Below, one piece after another: positions 51,210-59,875 of a DNA stretch of 62,152 nucleotides (position 1 is its first letter; each line of letters starts with the position of its first letter). Below the pieces are notes generated by a model. The model searched no databases. It had not been told where the DNA came from and saw nothing but the letters and a program-made list of their open reading frames with translations. A program made the translations under genes and the position numbers. This stretch comes from a virus (taxonomy: Duplodnaviria > Caudoviricetes), in the IMG/VR virus record IMGVR_UViG_3300033153_008214, positions 1-62,152 of that record; one strand, given 5' to 3'.

Positions 51210-51722
51210 ATGAATAAAGAAGAGAGCGCCTTAGATGTAATTTTTGAAATCCGTGAGCAGTTAAACCAGCAACAGAGGCAGATAGCTATGTTGCAGGCTA
51301 GCCTTAATACGATTGGAGCAAAAGTCAACAATACACTTTATGCTGACTTTACTAGCCCTAAAGCTATAGCTTCCGATGTACCATTAGTTCAAGAGCCTGC
51401 TATTGCTGAAGAGCCTGTATCAAAACCTGAGCTTGAACCAGCTGAGGAGCTACCTGCCCCTGTAGTCCCCAAACAAGTCAGGAATGTAAGAGTCTTTGGA
51501 CATTTTGACGATGAGGTAGGAAAAGCACTATCTGGCGTAGTTGTTCGCATCTCAGATACTAATAACAACGTAGTAAAGCAGACGAAGAGTAATCGAGCAG
51601 GACTATGGATGTCCTTTTTACCTCCAGGAAACTATATAGCTGAGTTTATCATGGATGGAATGCAATCTGAAGCAAGAGAATTCACATTGCTTGAGGGTAA
51701 AAAGGAGTTAGAAATTGGCTAA
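51210..51722 (+). CDS. Coiled-coil plus carboxypeptidase-regulatory-like (Ig/transthyretin) domain protein
   Basis: GKALSGVVVRI...QTKSNRAGLW...LPPGNY. Confidence 0.6.
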   Translation: MNKEESALDVIFEIREQLNQQQRQIAMLQASLNTIGAKVNNTLYADFTSPKAIASDVPLVQEPAIAEEPVSKPELEPAEELPAPVVPKQVRNVRVFGHFDDEVGKALSGVVVRISDTNNNVVKQTKSNRAGLWMSFLPPGNYIAEFIMDGMQSEAREFTLLEGKKELEIG

Positions 51723-51732
51723 TAGGTGAAAC

Positions 51733-52506
51733 ATGGTACTTGGCACAGGATTATTTGTCAGAAGTGATATATACGATCTTGACAATATTGTAAGACATGT
51801 TGGAATCGTCCATGGACGCAACCTATTGATCGACACCCTCAGAGAAATCTTTGCAAGGGACCGGGAATTTGGCTATAGAGCTGATATCTTTGGGTTTCCT
51901 AAGACTCCTGACCATACAGGTCTGGATATAGATGCTGGTATAGATGATGATGTTACCACTAGACTCTTTATAGGGTCTACTTTCAGGTATGATATCCAAT
52001 TCCTGCCCGCTATTACTGTAAGGCAGACCAGCTCACAGTACAAACCTATCTCGTTTAATCAAAATATGCTTAGCCTTCAGTACCAGAAACAGCGTACTGA
52101 GGATGGCTATGGAAATGTTGACTTTGTAAGAGTTCCTAGCCATTACACTTACGCTGGTTCCTGGGAACAATCGTTTGAAGTTAAGGTTACTAGCAATAGT
52201 CAGGAAGATACTGCTTCTATCGCAGATGTAGTCATGATTAGCTTGCAGAGTACATATAGACGCATCCTAGAGAGGAATGGACTATTTGTAAAGCAAGTCT
52301 CAGCAGGTGGTGAGTCATCTGAACAAGTAGGCAGTAATGACCCACTTTTCTCAGTAGTAATTACGGTAAACACTCTTAGTGAATTTAGAAGAGAGATTCC
52401 AGTAAGTAATCTTTTAGAGAGAATTCAGCTCTGTTTCCATGTAGATCTTGGTAGTGATAAAGACCCACCTGCAAATGGGCTGACAATTAAGCATACTTTC
52501 GAATAA
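51733..52506 (+). CDS. Putative tail terminator/completion protein
   Basis: Lies immediately upstream of the sheath gene. LPAITV...FEVKVTS.S.ED...IAD pattern. 1 DGY. Confidence 0.55.
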   Translation: MVLGTGLFVRSDIYDLDNIVRHVGIVHGRNLLIDTLREIFARDREFGYRADIFGFPKTPDHTGLDIDAGIDDDVTTRLFIGSTFRYDIQFLPAITVRQTSSQYKPISFNQNMLSLQYQKQRTEDGYGNVDFVRVPSHYTYAGSWEQSFEVKVTSNSQEDTASIADVVMISLQSTYRRILERNGLFVKQVSAGGESSEQVGSNDPLFSVVITVNTLSEFRREIPVSNLLERIQLCFHVDLGSDKDPPANGLTIKHTFE

Positions 52507-52584
52507 TTATGCTAATATTTCTTAATCTTTGCAGACCTATAGTTATAGGTTAAATTTGCAGGTAATAGCTGTTGGAGGATTTTA

Positions 52585-55149
52585 ATGGGCGCAGTAATTC
52601 CAAACGTTTTTGACCCGGTACAACCAGATATCTTTACCAGGGTCAGAACTCGCGAAAGAGTAAATGCTATTTCCGGCGGTTCACGTGTTCTTGCCATAGT
52701 TGGTGAGGGTGAGACTGAGGAAACCTTAGTTATTTCTGCCACTGGTGGCGGAGCTGATGGGTGGAATTCAGATTATTCTGGGACTGCTAATCCAGATGGA
52801 CGACATTTCCAAATCTCTAAGATAGGCCTGGTCAACAGTCGGAGTACTATCTTTAAGAATGGTGTTCCTCTTGCAACTCTTGAAGAGCAGATTACTTCTA
52901 AGGCATTCGATAATCGCTATGATGCCCGAGTAGATCCGCTTACTGGTAGGGTTGAGCTACAACGAGCCCATGTAGTAGACTTTGGTACCGATGTAAATGG
53001 TATTACCCTGTATTACTCCGTTAATTCAAGCAATGTTGGTACTGGCGTACCTGTTATTACTCAATCTTCCCTAGTTGATACGAACGCTCCTGCGGAAACT
53101 TGGACTGCCCGAGTTGTTGGAGTTATTAAGAACTCTGGTGGAGATATTATATCTGGAGAAGCTAGTATCTCAGTAACTGGTACTGAGTCTGGTCAGCTTC
53201 TGGATGTTAATGGTAACCCTTATGTTTGGAAATCTGGTGGGGTTGCAGTAAGCAATGGTGTTTTGAATCTTGCATTTACTGAGAGTGGAACTCCATTCAA
53301 TGTAGGTGACCGATTTACTATGCAGGTAGATAGTGGAGTTCTTTCAGTTAATGATAGCCTCTCTGCTCGCTACATTGCTAGCGAAGACCTTAATAACCCT
53401 GAGACTTTCTCTTCACCTCAAGATGCTTTCGCTATCTACGGTGACCCAAGTGTCACTAATACGCTTTCCCTTGGAATGCAGATGGCATTTGAAAATGGAG
53501 CCCCGGTGGTTACTGCTGTTATGGCCAAACCTCCAGTTCCCAGGAAAACTACTGAGTATCCTATTCTTGCAGATAATCCTCTTACCGATGCGGTAGAAGG
53601 TGCAACTGGTGGATCAGATCTTAAAGACACTGTATTCCCGCTTGCCGTAGGTGCGTTGCCTGATATTGACAGTAATGTCAATGTCTTTGTAGTCAGCTCA
53701 GATGGTACCGAGGAACAACTTCTTCTTAATAAAGATGATTTCTATGACACTGCCTTTACTACTACGGCTCTTGCTTATGCAAACTTTGTACAGGGTCCGC
53801 TTAGTGAGTCATATACTGTATTTACCTCTCCTCAAGTTGAGCAAGATGGTGATGATGGGTATGTTGAAATCCTTAGTGGTACTGAGATTTACTTCTCTGA
53901 CCCACTTGTACAGTTCTCAGCTGACCGCTTAGAGACTGGTGAGGGAGATGTTGGAAAGCAGATTGAAATCCTCTCTCCCGCCGAGGTTATTGGCACCTAT
54001 ACGATTACTAGTGTAGGCGATGGGTATGGCAATCTTAATGTAGCAACTGCTACAGGCACCCCTCCGGGCGCTACAGGAACCATTATAGATGGTTATGTTG
54101 CTTGGCAGATTGTAGATCCTAATGATACGGGTCATGCTTACTTTGCAATTACTGATGATGTTGCGGCAAATAGTCTGACTGCAGGTAAAGGGCTTCGAGT
54201 ATCTTATGTAGATACAGATGATGCAGACCATTTTGATACTAACTGGGGAGAGGCAATTCAAGCTCTTGAACTGGTAGATGTTCAGATGGTTGTTCCGCTG
54301 CCTATGCAGACAATTAGTAGCATCCAACAGGTATTTAAACGACATGTGGAAGTTGAGAGTAATATTCTCAACCAGCATGAGCGGATTCTTATTACGGGTG
54401 CTATTCCAGGGCTTGTCCCAGACAACCTTACTGGTCTAACTAGTGCGGCTGTGGAAGATATTGGTATCTTGGAAGGTATTCAGGGTGATGATCCTGAAGA
54501 AGTGCTTGCTGGTAATATCGAAGATATTACCAATTACTCAATCCCTGATGGGTTTGGAGATAGCTTCCGGGTTGTCTACATGTATCCTGATGAGATTGTA
54601 AGGAATATTGCAGGTCAAAACACTATACTTCCTGGTTATTTCTTAGCTGCTGCTCTTGGTGGGTATCTTGGCGGACAATTGAACATTGCTCTTCCTGCTA
54701 CCTTTAAGACTCTTGCTGGATTCAACATCCTTAATGACAAGCGTCTTAGGAAACGAACTAAGAATCAACTTGCTGGAGCAGGTGTGCTAGTTGTTGAGCC
54801 GATTGCTGGTGGTGGTAAAATGCTCTGGGGTAAAACGACTGTTCAGTCTGGAGCACCAGAGGAAGAAGAGATTAGCATTGTAGCTATTAGGGATCAGGTT
54901 GCTCGTACTATTCGTGCAAGCTTAAGACCCTTCATTGGTAGGATTAATAGTCCGACCATTGTTGCAGAGCTAAATGCCGGAATTGGAAAACTTCTCAGGT
55001 CACTAGTTGGGCAGGGGCTTCTAGCTGGATTCGGTTCTATTACCGTGCAGAGGAATCCGATTGAGCCTCGACAAGTTGACATTGGTGTAACCATTCATCC
55101 TGTAGGCGTGTTGGATTGGGCGTTTGTGGATGTGATCGCCGAGCTCTAG
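52585..55149 (+). CDS. Contractile tail sheath protein
   Basis: N-terminal QPDIF. C-terminal sheath domain (HER...RVVY..P...LAAAL...L..AGVLVV...WGKTT...EISIV.IRD...FIG...VTIHPV..LDW..V). RBS ggagg. 3 DGY. Confidence 0.85.
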   Translation: MGAVIPNVFDPVQPDIFTRVRTRERVNAISGGSRVLAIVGEGETEETLVISATGGGADGWNSDYSGTANPDGRHFQISKIGLVNSRSTIFKNGVPLATLEEQITSKAFDNRYDARVDPLTGRVELQRAHVVDFGTDVNGITLYYSVNSSNVGTGVPVITQSSLVDTNAPAETWTARVVGVIKNSGGDIISGEASISVTGTESGQLLDVNGNPYVWKSGGVAVSNGVLNLAFTESGTPFNVGDRFTMQVDSGVLSVNDSLSARYIASEDLNNPETFSSPQDAFAIYGDPSVTNTLSLGMQMAFENGAPVVTAVMAKPPVPRKTTEYPILADNPLTDAVEGATGGSDLKDTVFPLAVGALPDIDSNVNVFVVSSDGTEEQLLLNKDDFYDTAFTTTALAYANFVQGPLSESYTVFTSPQVEQDGDDGYVEILSGTEIYFSDPLVQFSADRLETGEGDVGKQIEILSPAEVIGTYTITSVGDGYGNLNVATATGTPPGATGTIIDGYVAWQIVDPNDTGHAYFAITDDVAANSLTAGKGLRVSYVDTDDADHFDTNWGEAIQALELVDVQMVVPLPMQTISSIQQVFKRHVEVESNILNQHERILITGAIPGLVPDNLTGLTSAAVEDIGILEGIQGDDPEEVLAGNIEDITNYSIPDGFGDSFRVVYMYPDEIVRNIAGQNTILPGYFLAAALGGYLGGQLNIALPATFKTLAGFNILNDKRLRKRTKNQLAGAGVLVVEPIAGGGKMLWGKTTVQSGAPEEEEISIVAIRDQVARTIRASLRPFIGRINSPTIVAELNAGIGKLLRSLVGQGLLAGFGSITVQRNPIEPRQVDIGVTIHPVGVLDWAFVDVIAEL

Positions 55150-55177
55150 ATCAATGTTTTCAAGGGGTTAGAAGATT

Positions 55178-55945
55178 ATGAGTATTAAAATTGGAATTTA
55201 TAGAATATTGTGCACTGTAACAGGTAACTGTTATGTTGGAAGCTCTGCGAATATAAATAAAAGATTTGGCTCACATATGACAAACCTTAGGTGCAATCGG
55301 CATAATGCCAGATATATGCAGCGTTCCTGGAATAAGTATGGTGAAGAGAGCTTCAGGTTTGAAATACTTGAAGAGGGAATTCAAAAGGATTGCCTAATCT
55401 CTAAAGAGAAAGAGTATTGTAGAAAATTTGCTATAGAAGGTAAGTTTCTTCCAGCTTTTAATACTATCGAGCCTGGAGATGTGAGTTATGGAAAACGCCA
55501 CACTCTGGAATTTAGAAAGAAGCTTTCAAAGCTTTACACTGGGCGTAAACTCACAGAGCAACATAAGGCTAACGTAAGTGCAGGCCTACTGCGAGCAGGA
55601 AGAACGATTTCTAAAGAAAATATCGCAAAGATGCAGAACGGGCGTTTGGAGAAACCTCTATCTGCAGAGTCAAGAAAGAAGATGAGCGATGCTCATAAAG
55701 GGGTCAAGCTTTCACAATCTCATAAGGATTCAATTAAAAGATCTCAGATTAATAACCCTTCTCGCAAGTGGAGACCTGTAATAGGTAAAAGTGTTAAGAC
55801 TGGAGAGATTAAAAAGTATGCAAGTATAAAAGCTGTTAAGGAAGATGGGTTTCATGCCGGTCACGTAGGCGGTGTATGTAGAGGGGTTAATAGGACTCAC
55901 AAGGGTTTCTATTGGAAGTATGCGGAAGACGTTCAAGGCAAGTAA
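55178..55945 (+). mobile_element. Free-standing GIY-YIG homing endonuclease with NUMOD3/NUMOD1 repeats, between sheath and tube
   Basis: GIYRI...CYVGSS.NI.KR. NUMOD3 repeats (KRHTLEFRKKLS, LSAESRKKMSDAHKG). C-terminal HKGFYWKY. Confidence 0.9.
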
Positions 55946-55980
55946 ACTTTTGGCAAATAGATAGAATTGGGAGTTAATAA

Positions 55981-56661
55981 ATGGTTGGATATCTTTATAC
56001 AGACACAAGTCAAGGTGCAGCTACTGCGACTGGTCTATCTACCCAAATACTTATTCAGGTGGATGGTCAGGGCGTTGGCGCTATTCAAAAGTTTGGTTCT
56101 AATCAGAATCGTGCTACTAAGCGTATTACAGAAGTGGGTACTGATGGTACAATTGAAATTGTACCAAATTCAGCTACTGAGGTTACACTTGAGGTTACAA
56201 GAATCGTCTTTGATAAAAAGAGGATGACTGAATCATTCCAGCGAGGATTCCTAAATATTCATGCTCAGCGTATACCATTTGATATACTCGTGTATGACTT
56301 CAGTGATGTTCCAAGTGATACTGCTCTGAATGCTGATCCAGCAAATTTAGATGTAGCGAGTGCATTTGATGCTCCTATTGATGCAGAAGGTGTAATTACT
56401 ACTGTGTATGAGAATTGTTGGTTTAAAAAACTTAGTACAAGCTATAATTCTGGAGACTATATAATTAGTGAGGATGCAACTATTGATGTTGAATTTGTTC
56501 ACAGCTTCAAGGATGGCAAGTCTAACATCTCTGCCAGCCGTGGCGAGCCTGCGTTTGCTGATGCTCTTGAGCGTCTTGCTGACTTGGGTCGAAGAGGCAG
56601 CTTGGATGCACGTGGTCTTGGAAGGATTGGAGATACGTTCTCTGGGTTACTTTCCCCGTAA
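55981..56661 (+). CDS. Tail tube protein
   Basis: Follows the sheath. I.VDG..VGAIQ...R...RI.EVG.DG..EIVP...PFDI...YENCW...Y...DYII.E pattern of myovirus tube proteins. Confidence 0.8.
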   Translation: MVGYLYTDTSQGAATATGLSTQILIQVDGQGVGAIQKFGSNQNRATKRITEVGTDGTIEIVPNSATEVTLEVTRIVFDKKRMTESFQRGFLNIHAQRIPFDILVYDFSDVPSDTALNADPANLDVASAFDAPIDAEGVITTVYENCWFKKLSTSYNSGDYIISEDATIDVEFVHSFKDGKSNISASRGEPAFADALERLADLGRRGSLDARGLGRIGDTFSGLLSP

Positions 56662-56740
56662 CATTCAGTAAGAAGCCATACTGAATTCTAACTTGATATT
56701 AGTTTTATCAGCTTAGAAGTTGTATGAGTTAATGAATTCT

Positions 56741-56771
56741 AAAAGCCTTGCCGTTCCTGGCAGGGCTTTTT
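56741..56771 (+). terminator. Rho-independent terminator after the tail tube gene
   Basis: aaaagccttgcc-gttcct-ggcagggcttttt stem-loop with T tract. Confidence 0.75.
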
Positions 56772-56793
56772 ACTTATAAGTGAGGTAAGAAGT

Positions 56794-57624
56794 ATGGCAA
56801 GTATAGAGCACCCGATGACCAGTCATGTTAATCAAAAAGAGCAGAATGTTGTTCCTCAGCAAATGAATGAAGCTATCATTATGTCTCCAGAAGATGAAGA
56901 GTTTGTCCGAAGGCATATGGAAGAGTTAGAAGCTGAGGTAGCTGGAGAAGCTCTGTCTCAAATGGAGACTGTAGATCCTGTAATTGAGGCAGAAGTTAAA
57001 AAGAAGAATATCTTGGAAAAGTTAGTGCTATTTAGCAAACCACATCTTAAGGATGTCAAGTGTGGGGATAATATATTTCAATTGAAGATCCTGACCTCGA
57101 ATGAGAATGATGCAGTCTTTAGCGAGATTAGGAAATTTACTGCATCTGAGCAGTTTGTAAAGACTTCTATAATGCTTTTGTCTGCAAGTCTATTGGAGGC
57201 TGATGGAGTTCCGATAGAGAGCATTTATAGTGGCCCGGAAGAAATAACTAACCCTATGCTGCAAAGGTATTATGAGTTATGCAAGTGGCCATCCCCTCTT
57301 ATTAATCAGTTGCATAAGCCTGTTAACGACGAGTCATTCAATTCTTTTACTGCTTTGGATTGGAGCTATTATGCTGCCCAGATTAGAATGGACCAAGAAG
57401 AAGAATTAGAGCAGAAAAGAGATCTGGCTGAGTATCAGGCAATGTTTTCTAATCCGGAAGGGGTTAAGAAGGTTAAGAGTTTAAGGGCTCAGGAAGATGA
57501 TAATGAATTTGAAGAACTGCGTGGGTTTGCAGAGAATGGCAAGGTAGTATCTACTGAAAATGATGAGGAATTTGCTAGGTTTATTGGTAAGGGTGGAAGC
57601 GTTCCTAAGTTTAGGAAGGGGTGA
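56794..57624 (+). CDS. Tail assembly chaperone
   Basis: Position between tube and tape measure. Acidic/helical, with an F.LK.L..E motif. Confidence 0.6.
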   Translation: MASIEHPMTSHVNQKEQNVVPQQMNEAIIMSPEDEEFVRRHMEELEAEVAGEALSQMETVDPVIEAEVKKKNILEKLVLFSKPHLKDVKCGDNIFQLKILTSNENDAVFSEIRKFTASEQFVKTSIMLLSASLLEADGVPIESIYSGPEEITNPMLQRYYELCKWPSPLINQLHKPVNDESFNSFTALDWSYYAAQIRMDQEEELEQKRDLAEYQAMFSNPEGVKKVKSLRAQEDDNEFEELRGFAENGKVVSTENDEEFARFIGKGGSVPKFRKG

Positions 57625-59852
57625 TTATGGTTGCTGAGCTAGATATATCGTTATCCGATGAAGCACTATTGAAAGCTGGTGGCACGATATCTAAAGGTGT
57701 CGCTGCCACTATTGAGAAAGAACTCAATAATTCTGACTTTAGCGCTGTTCAGGACAAGATCTATGGTAAAGGTCGAATGGATTCTGCTCGTGAAGAGATT
57801 AAGGATACAGGGGACCGGGCTCAGGATGTTTTAAAGAAGATAAAGGACTTGTCAACAAAAGTTAAAGCAGCTTTCTCAGAAAAGTTTTCAACAAACTCTC
57901 TTGAAGGATACATGAAGAGTTTGAAGGAAATGACAGAAGATGTTAATATAGAACAACTTATGATGCATGTTGGTTTAGATGAAAAAGAAATTGCTGGTAT
58001 AGAGTCTAAGGCTAAAGCTGCGGGAATTAAAGTTGGAGATTACCTGGATGCTACATTTGACATTGATACTAAGGAGGCTTTGAAAAATCTGAAAGATTTG
58101 AAGGGTGCTGCAACTGCAGCGATGAGCATTCTAGAACCTTTTATGACAGGAGCTATTGGAAAAGAGCTTGGGCTGAATATAGCTCTCACTCAAACTCAAA
58201 AGCAATTTGAAAGGGCTACTAAGTTTGCTGCAGATTTTGAGACTACAGTTACAGATGTTAGTAAAACTGCATTAGATCTGGCTTTACCATTTATGAGCCT
58301 TGAAGATAAGTCTGGGCAGGCTTTTGCTGGAGTCAGTAAAGCTCTAGGGGATTACCGAGACCAAACTGCTAGCATTGTAAAATCTACAGGATTGAGTACT
58401 CAAGAAATTGATAAGATGACTCTTGCTTTTAAAGAGGCTGGGATTGGTGTAGATAGGCTTAATTCTACGGGGCCAACATTCAGAAGTATGGCTACTGATA
58501 TAACAGGTGCCGAGTCTGCTACCCTGGGGGCTTCTGTAGCTCTAAGGTTATTCGCAGGAGCTGGTATAGACTCAGCGGTGGGTGCTGAGCTAATAGGGTT
58601 CAGTGCTCGTAATCTTGGACTCAGTATGGAAGATTCTGAGAGAAGGATTGGATTATTCTCTGAAGTGGTTGGTGCTACTGGTGAGCCAATGAGCATTGTT
58701 TCAGGAGTAATTGACAAAAGTGCTAGAGAACTCAAATACTTTGGAGATACCACTCAGGGAGTTGCAGAAATATATACTAGGTTTGTAGGAGTGCTTGGGG
58801 AGGGCAGGACTGGCCTCGCAGTAGACTTTGTCAACAGTATCGTCAAGGGCATAGGTGGTATGGATGAAGGTCTTAAAGCGTTTATAGGGATGGCTAGTGG
58901 CCTAGGAGGCGGTGGAGCTATAGGTGGCATGCTTGGTATGGAAGAGAAGCTTGCAAGTGGTGATATAGAGGGTGTTCTGAATACAGTTGTAGAACAGATT
59001 GAGTCGATTACTGGTGGTCCTATGATGGGTCGTAAAGAAGCAATCGATTCGGGTAATGAAGAACAATTCTTTATGCAACGTAAACTTTTCCAAGATTTTA
59101 TGAAAGTTGATAGTTCTGAGCAGGCCACCAGGATGATGGAAGCCATAGCTGGTGGGCAAGGAGTTGCTGGTGCAGACTTGGATGCTGCTAGAGGAATGGC
59201 AGGTGTAGTATCAAGAGGTAAAGACGTACAGGATTCTACAATCGGTACTCTTGAAAGAACTCGAAATATGATGGCTGCTACGAGAAATCTTACTCTTACA
59301 AGAGAATCATCCTTAGCTCTGAAGGACAGCTCTTCTAACTTCTTAGACGCAAGCCAAAATTTATTCCAACTGGTAGATGGTCTGGACAATTACCTTACAC
59401 GTGATACTGCTGCAGAGTATAAACCGGAGATGGTTTCAGATGTAGGTAAGTCAGTTGTAAAGTTTGAAACAGATTTCACTCAACTTAGTGACCGAATGGT
59501 TCAAAGGTCTGGGACTGAGGGAGACTATATGGGTGCTATAGCTGATGCTAACAAGTCCCAAGGTTTTTCATCTATAGCTGCTGATGCTTTAACTTCTGAA
59601 AAAAGCATGGATGCGGTAGTGGCTGCAAAAGAGAAGGAGACTCCAGACATTGAGAAAATGTTCAATGGGATTGTCACTCATGTTAGAGAAACAAATCAGG
59701 TACCTTCATTTGAATCTCCTATGATGCCTGAAGAAATTACATTAGTTGTAAACCTTGATACTAGCAAGGAGACACAGCGAGTAAAAGCGATGGTTCAAGA
59801 GAATCAGAATCGTGGTGCTGGATGGCATAATAGGACTAGGTCAGGTCGTTAG
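57621..59852 (+). CDS. Tape measure protein
   Basis: 743-aa Ala/Gly/Met-rich helical protein directly after the chaperone. The start may be ATG 57627. Confidence 0.7.
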   Translation: MIMVAELDISLSDEALLKAGGTISKGVAATIEKELNNSDFSAVQDKIYGKGRMDSAREEIKDTGDRAQDVLKKIKDLSTKVKAAFSEKFSTNSLEGYMKSLKEMTEDVNIEQLMMHVGLDEKEIAGIESKAKAAGIKVGDYLDATFDIDTKEALKNLKDLKGAATAAMSILEPFMTGAIGKELGLNIALTQTQKQFERATKFAADFETTVTDVSKTALDLALPFMSLEDKSGQAFAGVSKALGDYRDQTASIVKSTGLSTQEIDKMTLAFKEAGIGVDRLNSTGPTFRSMATDITGAESATLGASVALRLFAGAGIDSAVGAELIGFSARNLGLSMEDSERRIGLFSEVVGATGEPMSIVSGVIDKSARELKYFGDTTQGVAEIYTRFVGVLGEGRTGLAVDFVNSIVKGIGGMDEGLKAFIGMASGLGGGGAIGGMLGMEEKLASGDIEGVLNTVVEQIESITGGPMMGRKEAIDSGNEEQFFMQRKLFQDFMKVDSSEQATRMMEAIAGGQGVAGADLDAARGMAGVVSRGKDVQDSTIGTLERTRNMMAATRNLTLTRESSLALKDSSSNFLDASQNLFQLVDGLDNYLTRDTAAEYKPEMVSDVGKSVVKFETDFTQLSDRMVQRSGTEGDYMGAIADANKSQGFSSIAADALTSEKSMDAVVAAKEKETPDIEKMFNGIVTHVRETNQVPSFESPMMPEEITLVVNLDTSKETQRVKAMVQENQNRGAGWHNRTRSGR

Positions 59853-59875
59853 AACAGATAGCTTGGAGAAAATAT

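Noticed and set aside
1443-54096. DGY as a DNA-level repeat or as an EF-hand/Dx[DN]xDG calcium loop
   Set aside because: Wobble positions vary and the occurrences I examined are in frame. Most sites lack the upstream DxDx residues needed for the canonical calcium loop. A full off-frame count is still needed.
56685-56717. Imperfect hairpin upstream of the tube-gene terminator (similar weak hairpin at 29235-29264)
   Set aside because: AT-rich, with mismatches and no T tract. Not distinguishable from chance without folding or covariation data.
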